Assembly (NCBI GenBank): GCA_965228875.1
Contig: OZ245843.1
Coordinates: 912,616 to 976,615, forward strand
Source: Thalassobaculaceae bacterium
GTDB lineage: Bacteria; Pseudomonadota; Alphaproteobacteria; Thalassobaculales; Thalassobaculaceae
Direction of reading: 5' to 3'
DNA: 64,000 bases
Below are positions 9,765 through 19,186 of this stretch, piece by piece. The notes beneath the pieces are model-generated. The model had not been told where the DNA came from and did no database searches. It worked only from the letters and a program-made list of their open reading frames with translations. How positions within the stretch are numbered: position 1 is the first letter of the stretch; each line of letters starts with the position of its first letter. Made by a program: the position numbers and the translations under genes.

Positions 9765-10577
9765 TTACCGGAACTCCGACATCGGTTCGGCGCGCGGTCG
9801 CTTCTCGAACACGATCATCGAGTCGTAGAACTGGATGCTGTAGGTGCTTGCCGCGAAACGCGAAACCATCAGGTCGCCTTTGCGTTCGTCCATCGGCTTG
9901 ACGTAGCGCGCCGACGAGGACACCTCGGGGCGGTAGATCTCGTGCATGTCGTCGACCAGCCGCTTGGCGTGCTCGATCATCGTGCGGTCGCCGGCATCCT
10001 TGTATTTCGGCCAGTAGCTCGTGTGGGTGTCCTCGCAGATGTAGACGCCGGTCTCCTCGACCGCGGCGTACATGCCGTTGAAGGTGTTGATCTGCTGCCG
10101 GGCGGTGTGGCCGCCGTCGTCGATCACGATGTCCAGTGGTCCGAAATCGCGGCTCAGGATCTCGAGCGCCTCCTTGTTCGCCTGGTCGGCCGCGATGACC
10201 CGGATATTGGGGCGCATCAGGTCGAACTTCAGGGTCTGGCGGTCGATGTCGACGCCAAAGATCTGAGCGTCGGGGCCGAGGTACTCGCTCCACATCAGCA
10301 GCGAGCCGCCGTCCATGACGCCGAACTCCATCAGCTTGCACTTGGTGCCCCGGAAGCGCGCGAGGTGGCGCTCGTAGACATCGAAGTAGTGATGCCACTT
10401 CTGCAGCTTGCGGTACCGCTGCCGCTTCTCGCGGTCCCAGGACAGGAACGTCTCATAGAGGGCGCCGGTCGACTGGCGCTCGGTCTTCGCCAGCGGGACG
10501 CGTTCGGCCAGGGGCGGCGCGGCCGGCCGCGGCGCGCGGTCGGCGGTCTCGTCGTTCGACTTCAAGGCCAGGGTCAC
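9765..10577 (-). CDS. Class I SAM-dependent methyltransferase, MycE/ElmMI-like (copy 1)
   Basis: Motifs KWHHYFDVYERH, MEFGVMDGGS, VIDDGGH and CEDTHTSYW. The proposed GTG start at 10577 overlaps the phaC stop (GTGA). Confidence 0.85.
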   Translation of the reverse strand: MTLALKSNDETADRAPRPAAPPLAERVPLAKTERQSTGALYETFLSWDREKRQRYRKLQKWHHYFDVYERHLARFRGTKCKLMEFGVMDGGSLLMWSEYLGPDAQIFGVDIDRQTLKFDLMRPNIRVIAADQANKEALEILSRDFGPLDIVIDDGGHTARQQINTFNGMYAAVEETGVYICEDTHTSYWPKYKDAGDRTMIEHAKRLVDDMHEIYRPEVSSSARYVKPMDERKGDLMVSRFAASTYSIQFYDSMIVFEKRPRAEPMSEFR

Positions 10578-12376
10578 TCTCCAGCTTTCACCGCGACATA
10601 GCTGCCGGGCGCATCCTCGATCACCTCCAGGGCGCCATCGCCCGGCATCCGGGCCGGGACCTGGCCGCCACCCTGGCGGTCGAGCCACTTCTTCCACTCC
10701 GGCCACCACGAACCCTCGTGCTGGGTCGCGCCGGCCAGCCACTTCTCCGGGTCCTTGGGGGCCCGGCCGCTCTTCGTCCAGTAACCGTATTTCGGCTTGT
10801 CGGTGGGGGGATTGACCACACCGGCAATGTGCCCCGACATCGCCAGGACGAACTTCACCGACCCCTGGTAGATCTGAGTCGCCGAATAGGTCGACTTCCA
10901 GGGGGCGATATGATCCTCCTTGGTCGACAGGATGAAGGTCGGCAGCTTGATCCGGGTGAGGTCGATCGCCTCACCGGCGAGCTTGATCCCCCCGGGCTCG
11001 ATCAGCCGGTTCTCCTGATACATGCGGCGCAGATAGAAGCTGTGCATCGCCGCCGGCATGCGGGTGCTGTCGGAATTCCAGTAGAGCAGGTCGAAGGGGA
11101 AGGGATCCTTGCCCATCAGGTAGTTGTTGACGACGAACGACCAGATCAGGTCGTTGGCGCGCAGCATGTTGAACGTCGTCGCCATCGCGCGACCGTCCAG
11201 GTAGCCCTCCTTGTTCATCCGGTCCTCGAGGGCCGCGAGCTGTTCCTCGTCGATGAACACCGACAACTCGCCCGCTTCGGTGAAGTCGACCATGGTCGTG
11301 AAGAAGGTGATCGACTTGATCCGGTCGTCGCCCTTGGCCGCCATGTAGGCCAGCGTGCTGGCCATGAGGGTCCCGCCGATGCAATAGCCGATGGCATTGA
11401 CCTCGCGCTCGCCGGTGGCCTGCTCGATGGCGCCGAGCGCGGCCAGCGGCCCATCGAGCATGTAGTCGTCGAAGCTCTTGGCGGCGAGCTCGGCATCCGG
11501 GTTGACCCAGGACACGATGAACACCGTGATCCCCTGATCGACCGCCCATTTGATGAACGAATTCTTCGGCCGCAGGTCGAGGATATAGAACTTGTTGATC
11601 CACGGCGGCACGATCAGCAGCGGCCGGCGATGCACCGTCTCGGTGGTCGGCGTGTACTGGATCAGCTGCATGAGATCGTTCTGGAACACCACCTTGCCGG
11701 GGGTCGTGGCGACGTTCTCGCCGACCTTGAAAGCCTCGGGATCGGTCATGCTGATCGACAGCTTGCCTTTGCCGCGCTCCAGGTCCTGCAGCAGGTTCTC
11801 CAATCCCTTCAGCAGGTTCTCGCCGCCACTCTCGATCGTCTCCCGCAGCACTTCGGGATTGGTCATGACGAAATTCGACGGCGCGACGGCGTCGGCGAAC
11901 TGGCGGGTGTAGAAGTCGACCTTTCGGCGGGTCTTGTCGTCCAGCCCTTCGACATCCTGCACCGTGCGCTGCATCCACTCCGCAGTCAGCAGATAGCTCT
12001 GTTTGATGTAGTCGAAGACGACGTTCTCGTTCCAGGCGGCGTCCTTGAACCGCCGGTCGCCGCTGGACGGGGCGGCAACGGGTTGGGCGGTGCCGCCGAG
12101 CATGCGGGACGCGGTCGTCTGCCACAGCGCCATGTAGGACTGCCACAGTTCCATCTGCGCCTTCATCACAAGCGCCGGGTCGGCCATCATCTTCGACGTC
12201 ATGTCGATGAAGGCCTTGCCGATGTTCAACGGGTCCGAGAGGCCGAGCGCGTTGGGGTCCTGATGTTCGAGGAACTCCCGGACCAGGCGCTGGCTCCGCT
12301 CGGCGATATGGGCCATCGCCTGGGACAGCTGGACAGGGTCCGGGGCGGTGACCTTCTTGTCGCTCGGGTCGGCCAT
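10574..12376 (-). CDS. phaC: Class I poly(3-hydroxyalkanoate) synthase
   Basis: Motifs PPWINKFYILDL, lipase-like box GYCIGG, LLYWNSDST, DHIAPW and SGHIAG. ATG 12376 chosen by RBS spacing. Confidence 0.95.
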   Translation of the reverse strand: MADPSDKKVTAPDPVQLSQAMAHIAERSQRLVREFLEHQDPNALGLSDPLNIGKAFIDMTSKMMADPALVMKAQMELWQSYMALWQTTASRMLGGTAQPVAAPSSGDRRFKDAAWNENVVFDYIKQSYLLTAEWMQRTVQDVEGLDDKTRRKVDFYTRQFADAVAPSNFVMTNPEVLRETIESGGENLLKGLENLLQDLERGKGKLSISMTDPEAFKVGENVATTPGKVVFQNDLMQLIQYTPTTETVHRRPLLIVPPWINKFYILDLRPKNSFIKWAVDQGITVFIVSWVNPDAELAAKSFDDYMLDGPLAALGAIEQATGEREVNAIGYCIGGTLMASTLAYMAAKGDDRIKSITFFTTMVDFTEAGELSVFIDEEQLAALEDRMNKEGYLDGRAMATTFNMLRANDLIWSFVVNNYLMGKDPFPFDLLYWNSDSTRMPAAMHSFYLRRMYQENRLIEPGGIKLAGEAIDLTRIKLPTFILSTKEDHIAPWKSTYSATQIYQGSVKFVLAMSGHIAGVVNPPTDKPKYGYWTKSGRAPKDPEKWLAGATQHEGSWWPEWKKWLDRQGGGQVPARMPGDGALEVIEDAPGSYVAVKAGE

Positions 12377-12626
12377 GAACGGCATCCTCACTGGTGCTCT
12401 ACTGGTGCTATCGACCGGTCTGCTTCATGTCGCCGGGGGCGCCCATCCGTTGTAGCAGAAACCCGGCGCCGAAGGCCAACGTGAACGGTCGGAGGTCGCG
12501 GGCATGTCCGCCGCTGGAAAGCCGTGGTATTTTAGAGCCTTGGAATGCTGGAAAGCGTGTAAGAGGCGACGTACACTCCGGGCGCGGCGCGGGGGCGCCG
12601 GTGGCCGGTCGATGCGGGAGAGAAGA

Positions 12627-13910
12627 ATGGTCGAGACCGCGAAGCGAGATGAGGGCGGGGGCGCCGCGGGACGGCGAATCGGCGGAATCCGGCCGGTGGC
12701 GTCGCCTGTCGTAACCCTGGCCGCCGTGCTCGCATTCACCGGCTGCTCGTCGGTGCCCGACGCGCTCAACCCTGTCGAGTGGTACGAGGGAACGACGGAT
12801 ACCGTAGGCGGCTGGTTCTCCGACGAGGAGCCGGAGGCGGTGGCGCGGGATCAGGCGGCTGTCGACGATTCGGCCTTCCCGAACCTGTCGACCGTCCCGC
12901 AGCGCCCGACCCCATCGACGACCGAGGCAGAGCGATCGGCGATTCAGCAGGGTCTGGTCGCCGACCGCGACAATGCCCGCTATACGGACAGCACCGACGC
13001 CTCGGCGCCGGCCGCGGCGCCGCGATCGACGGCGACGATCCCGACCGCGCCGCCGGCACCCGTCTCGCTCGCGACCAAGTCGCCATCGCCCGGCGCGACG
13101 TCTCCGGCGACACCGCAGCCCAGCGTGGCGCCGACGCCCGCCAGGACCGAGACGGCCGCGTCGCGGGTGGCGCCCAGCGGCGATCATTCCTCGCTCTGGC
13201 CGCGCCGTCCCGCGCCGGAGCGCAGCAGCGTGACCCCGGTCACCTCCGGCCGTGTCACCGAGACGCAGTCCGCGATCCGCAACCGAGCGACGCCGAGCCA
13301 GACCGTCTCGCCGGAACCGCGGCCCCGGGTGAGTGCGCCGACACCGGCCGAGACCACCACGCTGGACTCCGCGGGATCCATGCCGACGCGGGCGCCGCAG
13401 CAGACCGCCGCCGCCCCCCAGGCGCCGGCCGAACCTGCCGCCATGGAACCTGCTGCCACGCTGGACAGCGCGCCGGCCGCCGCGGCCGATCAGTCGCCGT
13501 CGGTGATCGTCGACAGCCCGAGCCTGGATCAGTACCAGCTCGGCTTCTCGGGACCAGCCTATCTGGTTGGGACCGTCAATTTCGGCCACGGCTCTGCCGG
13601 ATTGAGCGGGGCCGACCGGGAGATGGTCGCCGCGATCGCCGCTGCGGCGCAGGAGACCGACGCGTTCGTGCGGGTGGTCGGCCACGCTTCGGCCCGTACC
13701 GCGGAGATGAGCCTGCCGCAGCACGAACTGGTCAACTTCGATATCTCCCTGGCCCGGGCGCAGGCCGTTGCCGCCGCGCTGATCGCCGCCGGCGTGCCCG
13801 AGCAGCGGGTGCTGGTCGAGGCCATGAGTGCCAGTCAGCCGCTGTACTTCGAGAGCATGCCGTCCGGCGAGGCCGGCAATCGTCGGGCTGAGATCCTGTT
13901 CCAGTACTGA
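12627..13910 (+). CDS. OmpA-family peptidoglycan-binding lipoprotein with a long Pro/Ala/Thr-rich linker
   Basis: Lipobox-like LAFTGC, low-complexity middle, and a C-terminal OmpA-like domain (VVGHAS...NFDISLARAQAV...NRRAEI). Start uncertain. Confidence 0.8.
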   Translation: MVETAKRDEGGGAAGRRIGGIRPVASPVVTLAAVLAFTGCSSVPDALNPVEWYEGTTDTVGGWFSDEEPEAVARDQAAVDDSAFPNLSTVPQRPTPSTTEAERSAIQQGLVADRDNARYTDSTDASAPAAAPRSTATIPTAPPAPVSLATKSPSPGATSPATPQPSVAPTPARTETAASRVAPSGDHSSLWPRRPAPERSSVTPVTSGRVTETQSAIRNRATPSQTVSPEPRPRVSAPTPAETTTLDSAGSMPTRAPQQTAAAPQAPAEPAAMEPAATLDSAPAAAADQSPSVIVDSPSLDQYQLGFSGPAYLVGTVNFGHGSAGLSGADREMVAAIAAAAQETDAFVRVVGHASARTAEMSLPQHELVNFDISLARAQAVAAALIAAGVPEQRVLVEAMSASQPLYFESMPSGEAGNRRAEILFQY

Positions 13911-13980
13911 GCCAGAACTGAGACAGATAATAATTTCTTTCAAGGCGTTGTAAGGCGCCGTTTACACAACAGGTGAAGAT

Positions 13981-15273
13981 ATGAGCGAGGCGCTGAGGGT
14001 AGCCGTCGCGGGGTTGGGCACGGTCGGCGCGGAGACGGTGCGTCTTCTGGCGGAGCGGCGCGAGACCATCGCCGCCCATGCCGGTCGGCCGGTGCAGGTC
14101 GTGGCGGTCTCGGCCCGCGACCGAAACCGCGATCGCGGCCTGGACATGGGCGGGATCGACTGGGAGGACGACGCGCTGGCGCTGGCGGAACGCGCCGACG
14201 TCGATGTGGTCTGTGAGCTGATCGGCGGTTCGGAAGGTGTGGCCAAGACCCTGGTCGAGCGGGCGATGGCCACGGGCAAGTCGGTCGTCACCGCGAACAA
14301 GGCGCTGCTCGCGCACCATGGCTCCGACCTCGCCCGTCGCGCCGAGGACGCCGGCGTGACCCTGGCCTACGAAGCGGCGGTGGCCGGCGGTATCCCGATC
14401 ATCCGCGCCCTGCGCGAGGGCCTCGTGGTCAACGACGTCAGCCGCGTCTACGGCATCCTCAACGGCACCTGCAACTACATCCTGACCGCCATGCGCGAGA
14501 GCGGGCGCGCGTTCGACGACGTTCTGGCGGAGGCGCAGGAACTGGGCTACGCCGAGGCCGATCCGACCTTCGACGTCGACGGCATCGACGCCGCCCACAA
14601 GCTGTCGCTTCTTTCGGCGCTGGCCTTCGGTCATGCGGTCGACTTCGATGCTGTCCACACCGAGGGCATCCGCACGGTCTCCGCGCTCGACATCGCCTAC
14701 GCCGAGGAGTTCGGCTACCGTATCAAGCTGCTGGGCATCGCCGAGCGCACGGAGGAGGGCGTGCGCCAGCGCGTGCACCCCTGCATGGTCGACAAGGGCG
14801 CGCCGATCGCTCAGGTCGAGGGGGTGTTCAACGCCGTGATGGCCGAAGGCGATGCCGTCGGGACCACCCTGCACTATGGCCGGGGCGCCGGCGCCGGACC
14901 GACCGCCTCGGCGGTGATCGGCGATGTGGTCGATATCGCCTCGGGCCGGGCGGCGCCGGTGTTCGGTCGGCCCGCCGCCAGCCTGTCGGCCAACCGCCAG
15001 GCACCGTGGGAGAGCATGCGAGGCGGCTACTACGTACGCCTGATGGTGATCGACCGGCCGGGCGTGCTCGCCGACGTCACCGCGATCATGCGCGACCACA
15101 ACGTCTCCATGGAATCGATGGTCCAGCGCGGCCGCGACCCGCACGAGAAGGTACCGGTGGCGTTGACCACCCACGAGGTCGACGAGGCATCGATGCGGGC
15201 GGCGCTGGCCGACATCGCCGACCTGGACGCGGTCCAGGAACCGCCGGCGATGATCCGGATCGTCGATCTCTAG
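13981..15273 (+). CDS. hom: Homoserine dehydrogenase (with ACT domain)
   Basis: Motifs GLGTVG, VVTANKA, YEAAVAGGIP, GILNGTCNYIL and GYAEADP. Confidence 0.96.
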   Translation: MSEALRVAVAGLGTVGAETVRLLAERRETIAAHAGRPVQVVAVSARDRNRDRGLDMGGIDWEDDALALAERADVDVVCELIGGSEGVAKTLVERAMATGKSVVTANKALLAHHGSDLARRAEDAGVTLAYEAAVAGGIPIIRALREGLVVNDVSRVYGILNGTCNYILTAMRESGRAFDDVLAEAQELGYAEADPTFDVDGIDAAHKLSLLSALAFGHAVDFDAVHTEGIRTVSALDIAYAEEFGYRIKLLGIAERTEEGVRQRVHPCMVDKGAPIAQVEGVFNAVMAEGDAVGTTLHYGRGAGAGPTASAVIGDVVDIASGRAAPVFGRPAASLSANRQAPWESMRGGYYVRLMVIDRPGVLADVTAIMRDHNVSMESMVQRGRDPHEKVPVALTTHEVDEASMRAALADIADLDAVQEPPAMIRIVDL

Positions 15274-15378
15274 GCCGGAATACAGGCTCGCGATCCCCGC
15301 CCGGATCGGCTAAGAACCCGGCGCAACGGGGCCAACCGCGCGACCCATTGCGCAGCCAAGCAAGACCGGGAGAAAAGA

Positions 15379-16362
15379 ATGTCCGAGACCGCCGAAGTCT
15401 TCACCATGGACCGCAACCTCGCGCTGGAGGCCGTTCGGGTCACCGAAGCGGCGGCGCTGGCGGCCTCGCGGCTGATGGGCCGGGGTGACGAGAAAGCGGC
15501 CGACCAGGCGGCGGTCGACGCCATGCGTACCGCCCTGAACAACCTGGAGATCGACGGCACCGTCGTCATCGGCGAAGGCGAGCGCGACGAGGCGCCGATG
15601 CTCTATATCGGCGAGAAGGTCGGACGCGGCGGGACCAAGATCGACATCGCCCTCGACCCGCTGGAGGGTACCACCATCACCGCCAAGGGCGGCGCGAACG
15701 CGCTGGCCGTGGTGGCGCTGGCCTCCGAAGGCGGCTTCCTGAACGCTCCCGACGTCTACATGGACAAGATCGCCGTCGGCGGCGGCCTGCCGGCGGGCGT
15801 GGTCGATCTCGACAACAGCGTCGAGGAGAACCTGAAGAACCTGGCCGAAGCCAAGGGCGTCGAGGTCGCCGACGTGGTGGCCTGCATCCTCGATCGGCCG
15901 CGGCACGCCGACCTGATCGCGCAGGTTCGCGACGCGGGCGCCCGGATCATGCTGATCTCGGATGGCGACGTGTCCGGGGTCATCGCCACCTCGCAGCCGA
16001 CCAGCGGCGTCGACATCTACATGGGGTCGGGCGGCGCGCCGGAGGGCGTTCTGGCGGCCGCGGCGCTGCGCTGCATCGGCGGCCAGATCCAGGGCCGGCT
16101 GCTGTTCCGCAACGACGACGAGAAGGCTCGGGCCAAGCGCTGGGGCATCACCGATCTCGACCGGAAGTACGACCTGATGGGGCTGGCCGGCGGCGATGTG
16201 ATGTTCGCCGCTACCGGCGTGACCAACGGTGCGATGCTGCAGGGCGTACGCCGCTACAGCGGCGGCGCCACCACCCATTCGATCATCATGCGCTCGAAGA
16301 CCGGCACCGTGCGGACCGTCGAGGCGACGCACGACTTCACCCGCAAGCCCGCCGTCGACTGA
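15379..16362 (+). CDS. glpX: Class II fructose-1,6-bisphosphatase
   Basis: Motifs ADQAAVDAMR, VIGEGERDEAPML, DPLEGT and GGAPEGV. Confidence 0.96.
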   Translation: MSETAEVFTMDRNLALEAVRVTEAAALAASRLMGRGDEKAADQAAVDAMRTALNNLEIDGTVVIGEGERDEAPMLYIGEKVGRGGTKIDIALDPLEGTTITAKGGANALAVVALASEGGFLNAPDVYMDKIAVGGGLPAGVVDLDNSVEENLKNLAEAKGVEVADVVACILDRPRHADLIAQVRDAGARIMLISDGDVSGVIATSQPTSGVDIYMGSGGAPEGVLAAAALRCIGGQIQGRLLFRNDDEKARAKRWGITDLDRKYDLMGLAGGDVMFAATGVTNGAMLQGVRRYSGGATTHSIIMRSKTGTVRTVEATHDFTRKPAVD

Positions 16363-16376
16363 GGGCGAGGGAACGC

Positions 16377-18158
16377 GTGCCCGACGGAGACGCGTTTCTC
16401 GGGATCGAACGCTCGCTGACCGCGCGGCGCTGGACGCTGCGCGGCGGCAGCGGCGTGGAGGTCGACCGGCTGGCGCTCGCCATCGCCCAGCGGTTCGGTG
16501 TGCCGGAGATCGTCGGCCGCATCATGGCCCAGCGCGGCATCGCCCTGGACACGGTCGAGCGGTTTCTGGAGCCGACCCTGCGGGCTGAGCTGCCGGATCC
16601 GAGCCGCTTCCGCGACATGGACGCTGCCGCCGACCGGCTGGCCGACGCGGTGACCACGGGTCAGACGATCGGCCTGTTCGCCGACTATGACGTCGACGGC
16701 GCCACCTCGGCGGCGAGCATGGCACGCTACTTCCGCGCCGTCGGGGCGGAGACCGCGCTGCACATTCCCGATCGGATCGACGAGGGCTACGGCCCCAACC
16801 TGCCGGCCCTTCGGGGACTGGTGGCGCGCGGCGCCGGCGTCGTCGTCTGCCTCGACTGCGGCATCCTGGCGGTCGACACCTTGGCCGAGGCGCGGTCGGC
16901 GGGGATCGACGTGGTCGTCGTCGATCATCACATCGCCGAGCCGGATCTGCCGCCGGCGGTCGCGGTGGTCAATCCCAACCGGTTGGACGAGGAGGGGGGA
17001 TTCGGTCATCTGGCCGCCTGCGGCGTCACCTTCGTCACCCTGGTCGCGGTCAACCGGGCACTGCGGGCGCGCGGCTGGTTCGCGTCCCGGCCGGAGCCGG
17101 ACCTGCGGGCGATCCTCGACCTGACTGCGCTGGGCACGGTGTGCGACGTGGTTCCGCTCAGAGGTCTGAACCGCGCCTTCATCGCCCAAGGGCTCAAGGT
17201 CATGGCCGGGCGCGCGACGCCCGGGCTGGCGGCGCTGGCCGATGTCGCCGGCCTCGACCGCAAGCCGGACCCCTATCACCTGGGCTTCGTGCTCGGACCG
17301 CGCATCAACGCGGGCGGCCGTGTCGGCAAGGCCGACCTCGGCGCCCGGCTGCTGTCCACCGACGACCCGACCGAGGCCCGGCACATCGCCGGCGAGCTCG
17401 ACCGCTACAACGACGAGCGCCGCGCCATCGAGGCGGAGGTCCTGGCCGACGCCATCGCCCAGGCCGAGGCGGCCGGCGACGTCCCGGCGCTGGTGGTGGC
17501 GGGAGAGGGGTGGCACCCGGGAGTGGTCGGGATCGTCGCCAGCCGCCTGAAGGACAGGTTCCATCGCCCGGCCTGCGTGGTCGGCGTGGAGGACGGGATC
17601 GGCAAGGGCTCCGGCCGCTCGGTTCCCGGCGTCGATCTCGGCGCCGCCGTCATCGCCGCGCATCAGGCGGGCGTCCTGGAGAAGGGCGGGGGACACGCCA
17701 TGGCCGCCGGCTTCACCGTTGCCGCCGACCGGATCGAGGCGTTCCGCGCCTTTCTGACCGAACGTGTCTCGGCCGCGCTGGACGGGGCGGTGCCGGTCGC
17801 CGAGCTGTCGGTTGACGCGGCGCTGTCGCCCCGCGGGGCGACGGCGGATCTGGTTCGCGCGGTGTCGCGGGTCGGACCGTTCGGCACCGGCAATTCCGAG
17901 CCGCGTTTCGTGATCTCCGGTGCCCGCCTGGTGTCGAGCGGCGTCGTTGGCGACTCCCATGTCCGCTGCACGCTCTCGGGCGGCGACGGCGGCCGGCTGA
18001 ACGCCATCGCGTTCCGCGCGATGACCGGCGATCTGGGGCCGGGTCTGCTCAACGCCGGTCAGCTGCCGCTGCACGTCGCCGGCCACCTGCGCCTGGACGA
18101 CTTCCGCGGCGGCGACGCGGTCCAACTGGTCATAGACGACGCGGCGCCTGCGACCTGA
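16377..18158 (+). CDS. recJ: Single-stranded-DNA-specific exonuclease
   Basis: Motifs DYDVDG, EGYG, DCG, VDHH, PRINAGGR, GSGRS and GGHAMAAG. Confidence 0.95.
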   Translation: MPDGDAFLGIERSLTARRWTLRGGSGVEVDRLALAIAQRFGVPEIVGRIMAQRGIALDTVERFLEPTLRAELPDPSRFRDMDAAADRLADAVTTGQTIGLFADYDVDGATSAASMARYFRAVGAETALHIPDRIDEGYGPNLPALRGLVARGAGVVVCLDCGILAVDTLAEARSAGIDVVVVDHHIAEPDLPPAVAVVNPNRLDEEGGFGHLAACGVTFVTLVAVNRALRARGWFASRPEPDLRAILDLTALGTVCDVVPLRGLNRAFIAQGLKVMAGRATPGLAALADVAGLDRKPDPYHLGFVLGPRINAGGRVGKADLGARLLSTDDPTEARHIAGELDRYNDERRAIEAEVLADAIAQAEAAGDVPALVVAGEGWHPGVVGIVASRLKDRFHRPACVVGVEDGIGKGSGRSVPGVDLGAAVIAAHQAGVLEKGGGHAMAAGFTVAADRIEAFRAFLTERVSAALDGAVPVAELSVDAALSPRGATADLVRAVSRVGPFGTGNSEPRFVISGARLVSSGVVGDSHVRCTLSGGDGGRLNAIAFRAMTGDLGPGLLNAGQLPLHVAGHLRLDDFRGGDAVQLVIDDAAPAT

Positions 18159-18288
18159 ACGGTCCAGGAGACAACGGCGGCGGGTCGACTGTCCGCAATG
18201 TCGTCGATCCCGTCGGGGTTCTGTGCTTTCTTACAGGGACGTGACGGGCGACGATGAGGCGCGCCCAGTAAGAGGGTGAACACTGAGC

Positions 18289-18864
18289 GTGTCGGACTTC
18301 GAAACGCGGGCTGCTGCCATCGTCGATCGGATCGGTGAGAGTCCGCCGCTCGACCGCCTCTTCGCGATCTGGAAGGCAGGCTGTGTATCGGGTTTGGCGC
18401 CGCGGTCGGCGATCGATCCGATCGACCTGGCCGGTGCTGGTCTCATGCCGGATCTCTTCGTCGTCGAACGGGCGGAGAATGGCGAGTACCGCTACCGGCT
18501 GGTCGGCGAGAGCATCCGGCATGCGCTGCAGACACCCGTGGCGGGCCGCTTCGTAGACGAAGTTTATCCAAAGGACATCGCCGAGTTCGTCTCTCGGCGG
18601 TATGCCGTCATCATCGGGAAGGGGTGTGTCGAGTACAGCGTCGGGCATTTCCTGCGCCGACGTGACGAGTGGCACACTGCCAAGCGGCTGACGCTACCGC
18701 TGACCGACGAGACGGGCGTTTCCGCCTTCGCAATCGGTGTGGCCGAAGTGGCTGGCTTCACCCGCTTCGCGGGCGATGCGGACGACCCGTTGGAAAACTA
18801 CTCGTTCATCGATGCGGTGCCGTGGCGATACTTTGTCGAAGGCGCCGCGGCGACGACGGCATAA
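18289..18864 (+). CDS. Stand-alone PAS_5-like domain protein
   Basis: Pattern W...P.RSAIDP.D...L.P.LFVVE...YRYRLVG...RL.LPL. Confidence 0.7.
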   Translation: MSDFETRAAAIVDRIGESPPLDRLFAIWKAGCVSGLAPRSAIDPIDLAGAGLMPDLFVVERAENGEYRYRLVGESIRHALQTPVAGRFVDEVYPKDIAEFVSRRYAVIIGKGCVEYSVGHFLRRRDEWHTAKRLTLPLTDETGVSAFAIGVAEVAGFTRFAGDADDPLENYSFIDAVPWRYFVEGAAATTA

Positions 18865-18892
18865 CAACTCGACCGATCGACGTCGTTCGGAC

Positions 18893-18921
18893 TTGATTTC
18901 ACGCGAGGCGGCCTGTACATC
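18893..18921 (+). promoter_or_regulatory. Putative sigma70 promoter of tRNA-Glu(TTC)
   Basis: TTGATT-N17-TACATC ends 14 nt before the tRNA. Confidence 0.5.
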
Positions 18922-18935
18922 GACGGTCCTCGGAT

Positions 18936-19011
18936 GACCCCTTCGTCTAGAGGCCTAGGACACCGCCCTTTCACGGCGGCAACACGGGTTCGAATCCCGT
19001 AGGGGTCGCCA
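18936..19011 (+). tRNA. tRNA-Glu (anticodon TTC)
   Basis: 76-nt cloverleaf GACCCCTTCGTCTAGAGG...CCGCC-CTTTCAC-GGCGG...GGTTCGAATCC...GGGGTCGCCA, with encoded CCA. Confidence 0.97.
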
Positions 19012-19014
19012 GAG

Positions 19015-19051
19015 ATCCGGTGGGCGGCGGGACGCCCCGCCAACACCGGAT
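19015..19051 (+). other. Stem-loop in the tRNA spacer
   Basis: atccggtg-ggcgg...ccgcc-aa-caccggat inverted repeat. Confidence 0.5.
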
Positions 19052-19066
19052 GCCTGCGAAACGTGC

Positions 19067-19095
19067 TTGCAATGCGGACGGCGGATTGTTATCTA
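19067..19095 (+). promoter_or_regulatory. Putative sigma70 promoter of tRNA-Glu(CTC)
   Basis: TTGCAA-N17-TATCTA ends 15 nt before the tRNA. Confidence 0.4.
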
Positions 19096-19110
19096 CCCGC
19101 TCTCCTCTGC

Positions 19111-19186
19111 GACCCCTTCGTCTAGAGGCCTAGGACACCGCCCTCTCACGGCGGCAACACGGGTTCGAATCCCGTAGGGGTCGCCA
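19111..19186 (+). tRNA. tRNA-Glu (anticodon CTC)
   Basis: 76 nt, identical to the first copy except for the anticodon loop CTCTCAC. Confidence 0.96.
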
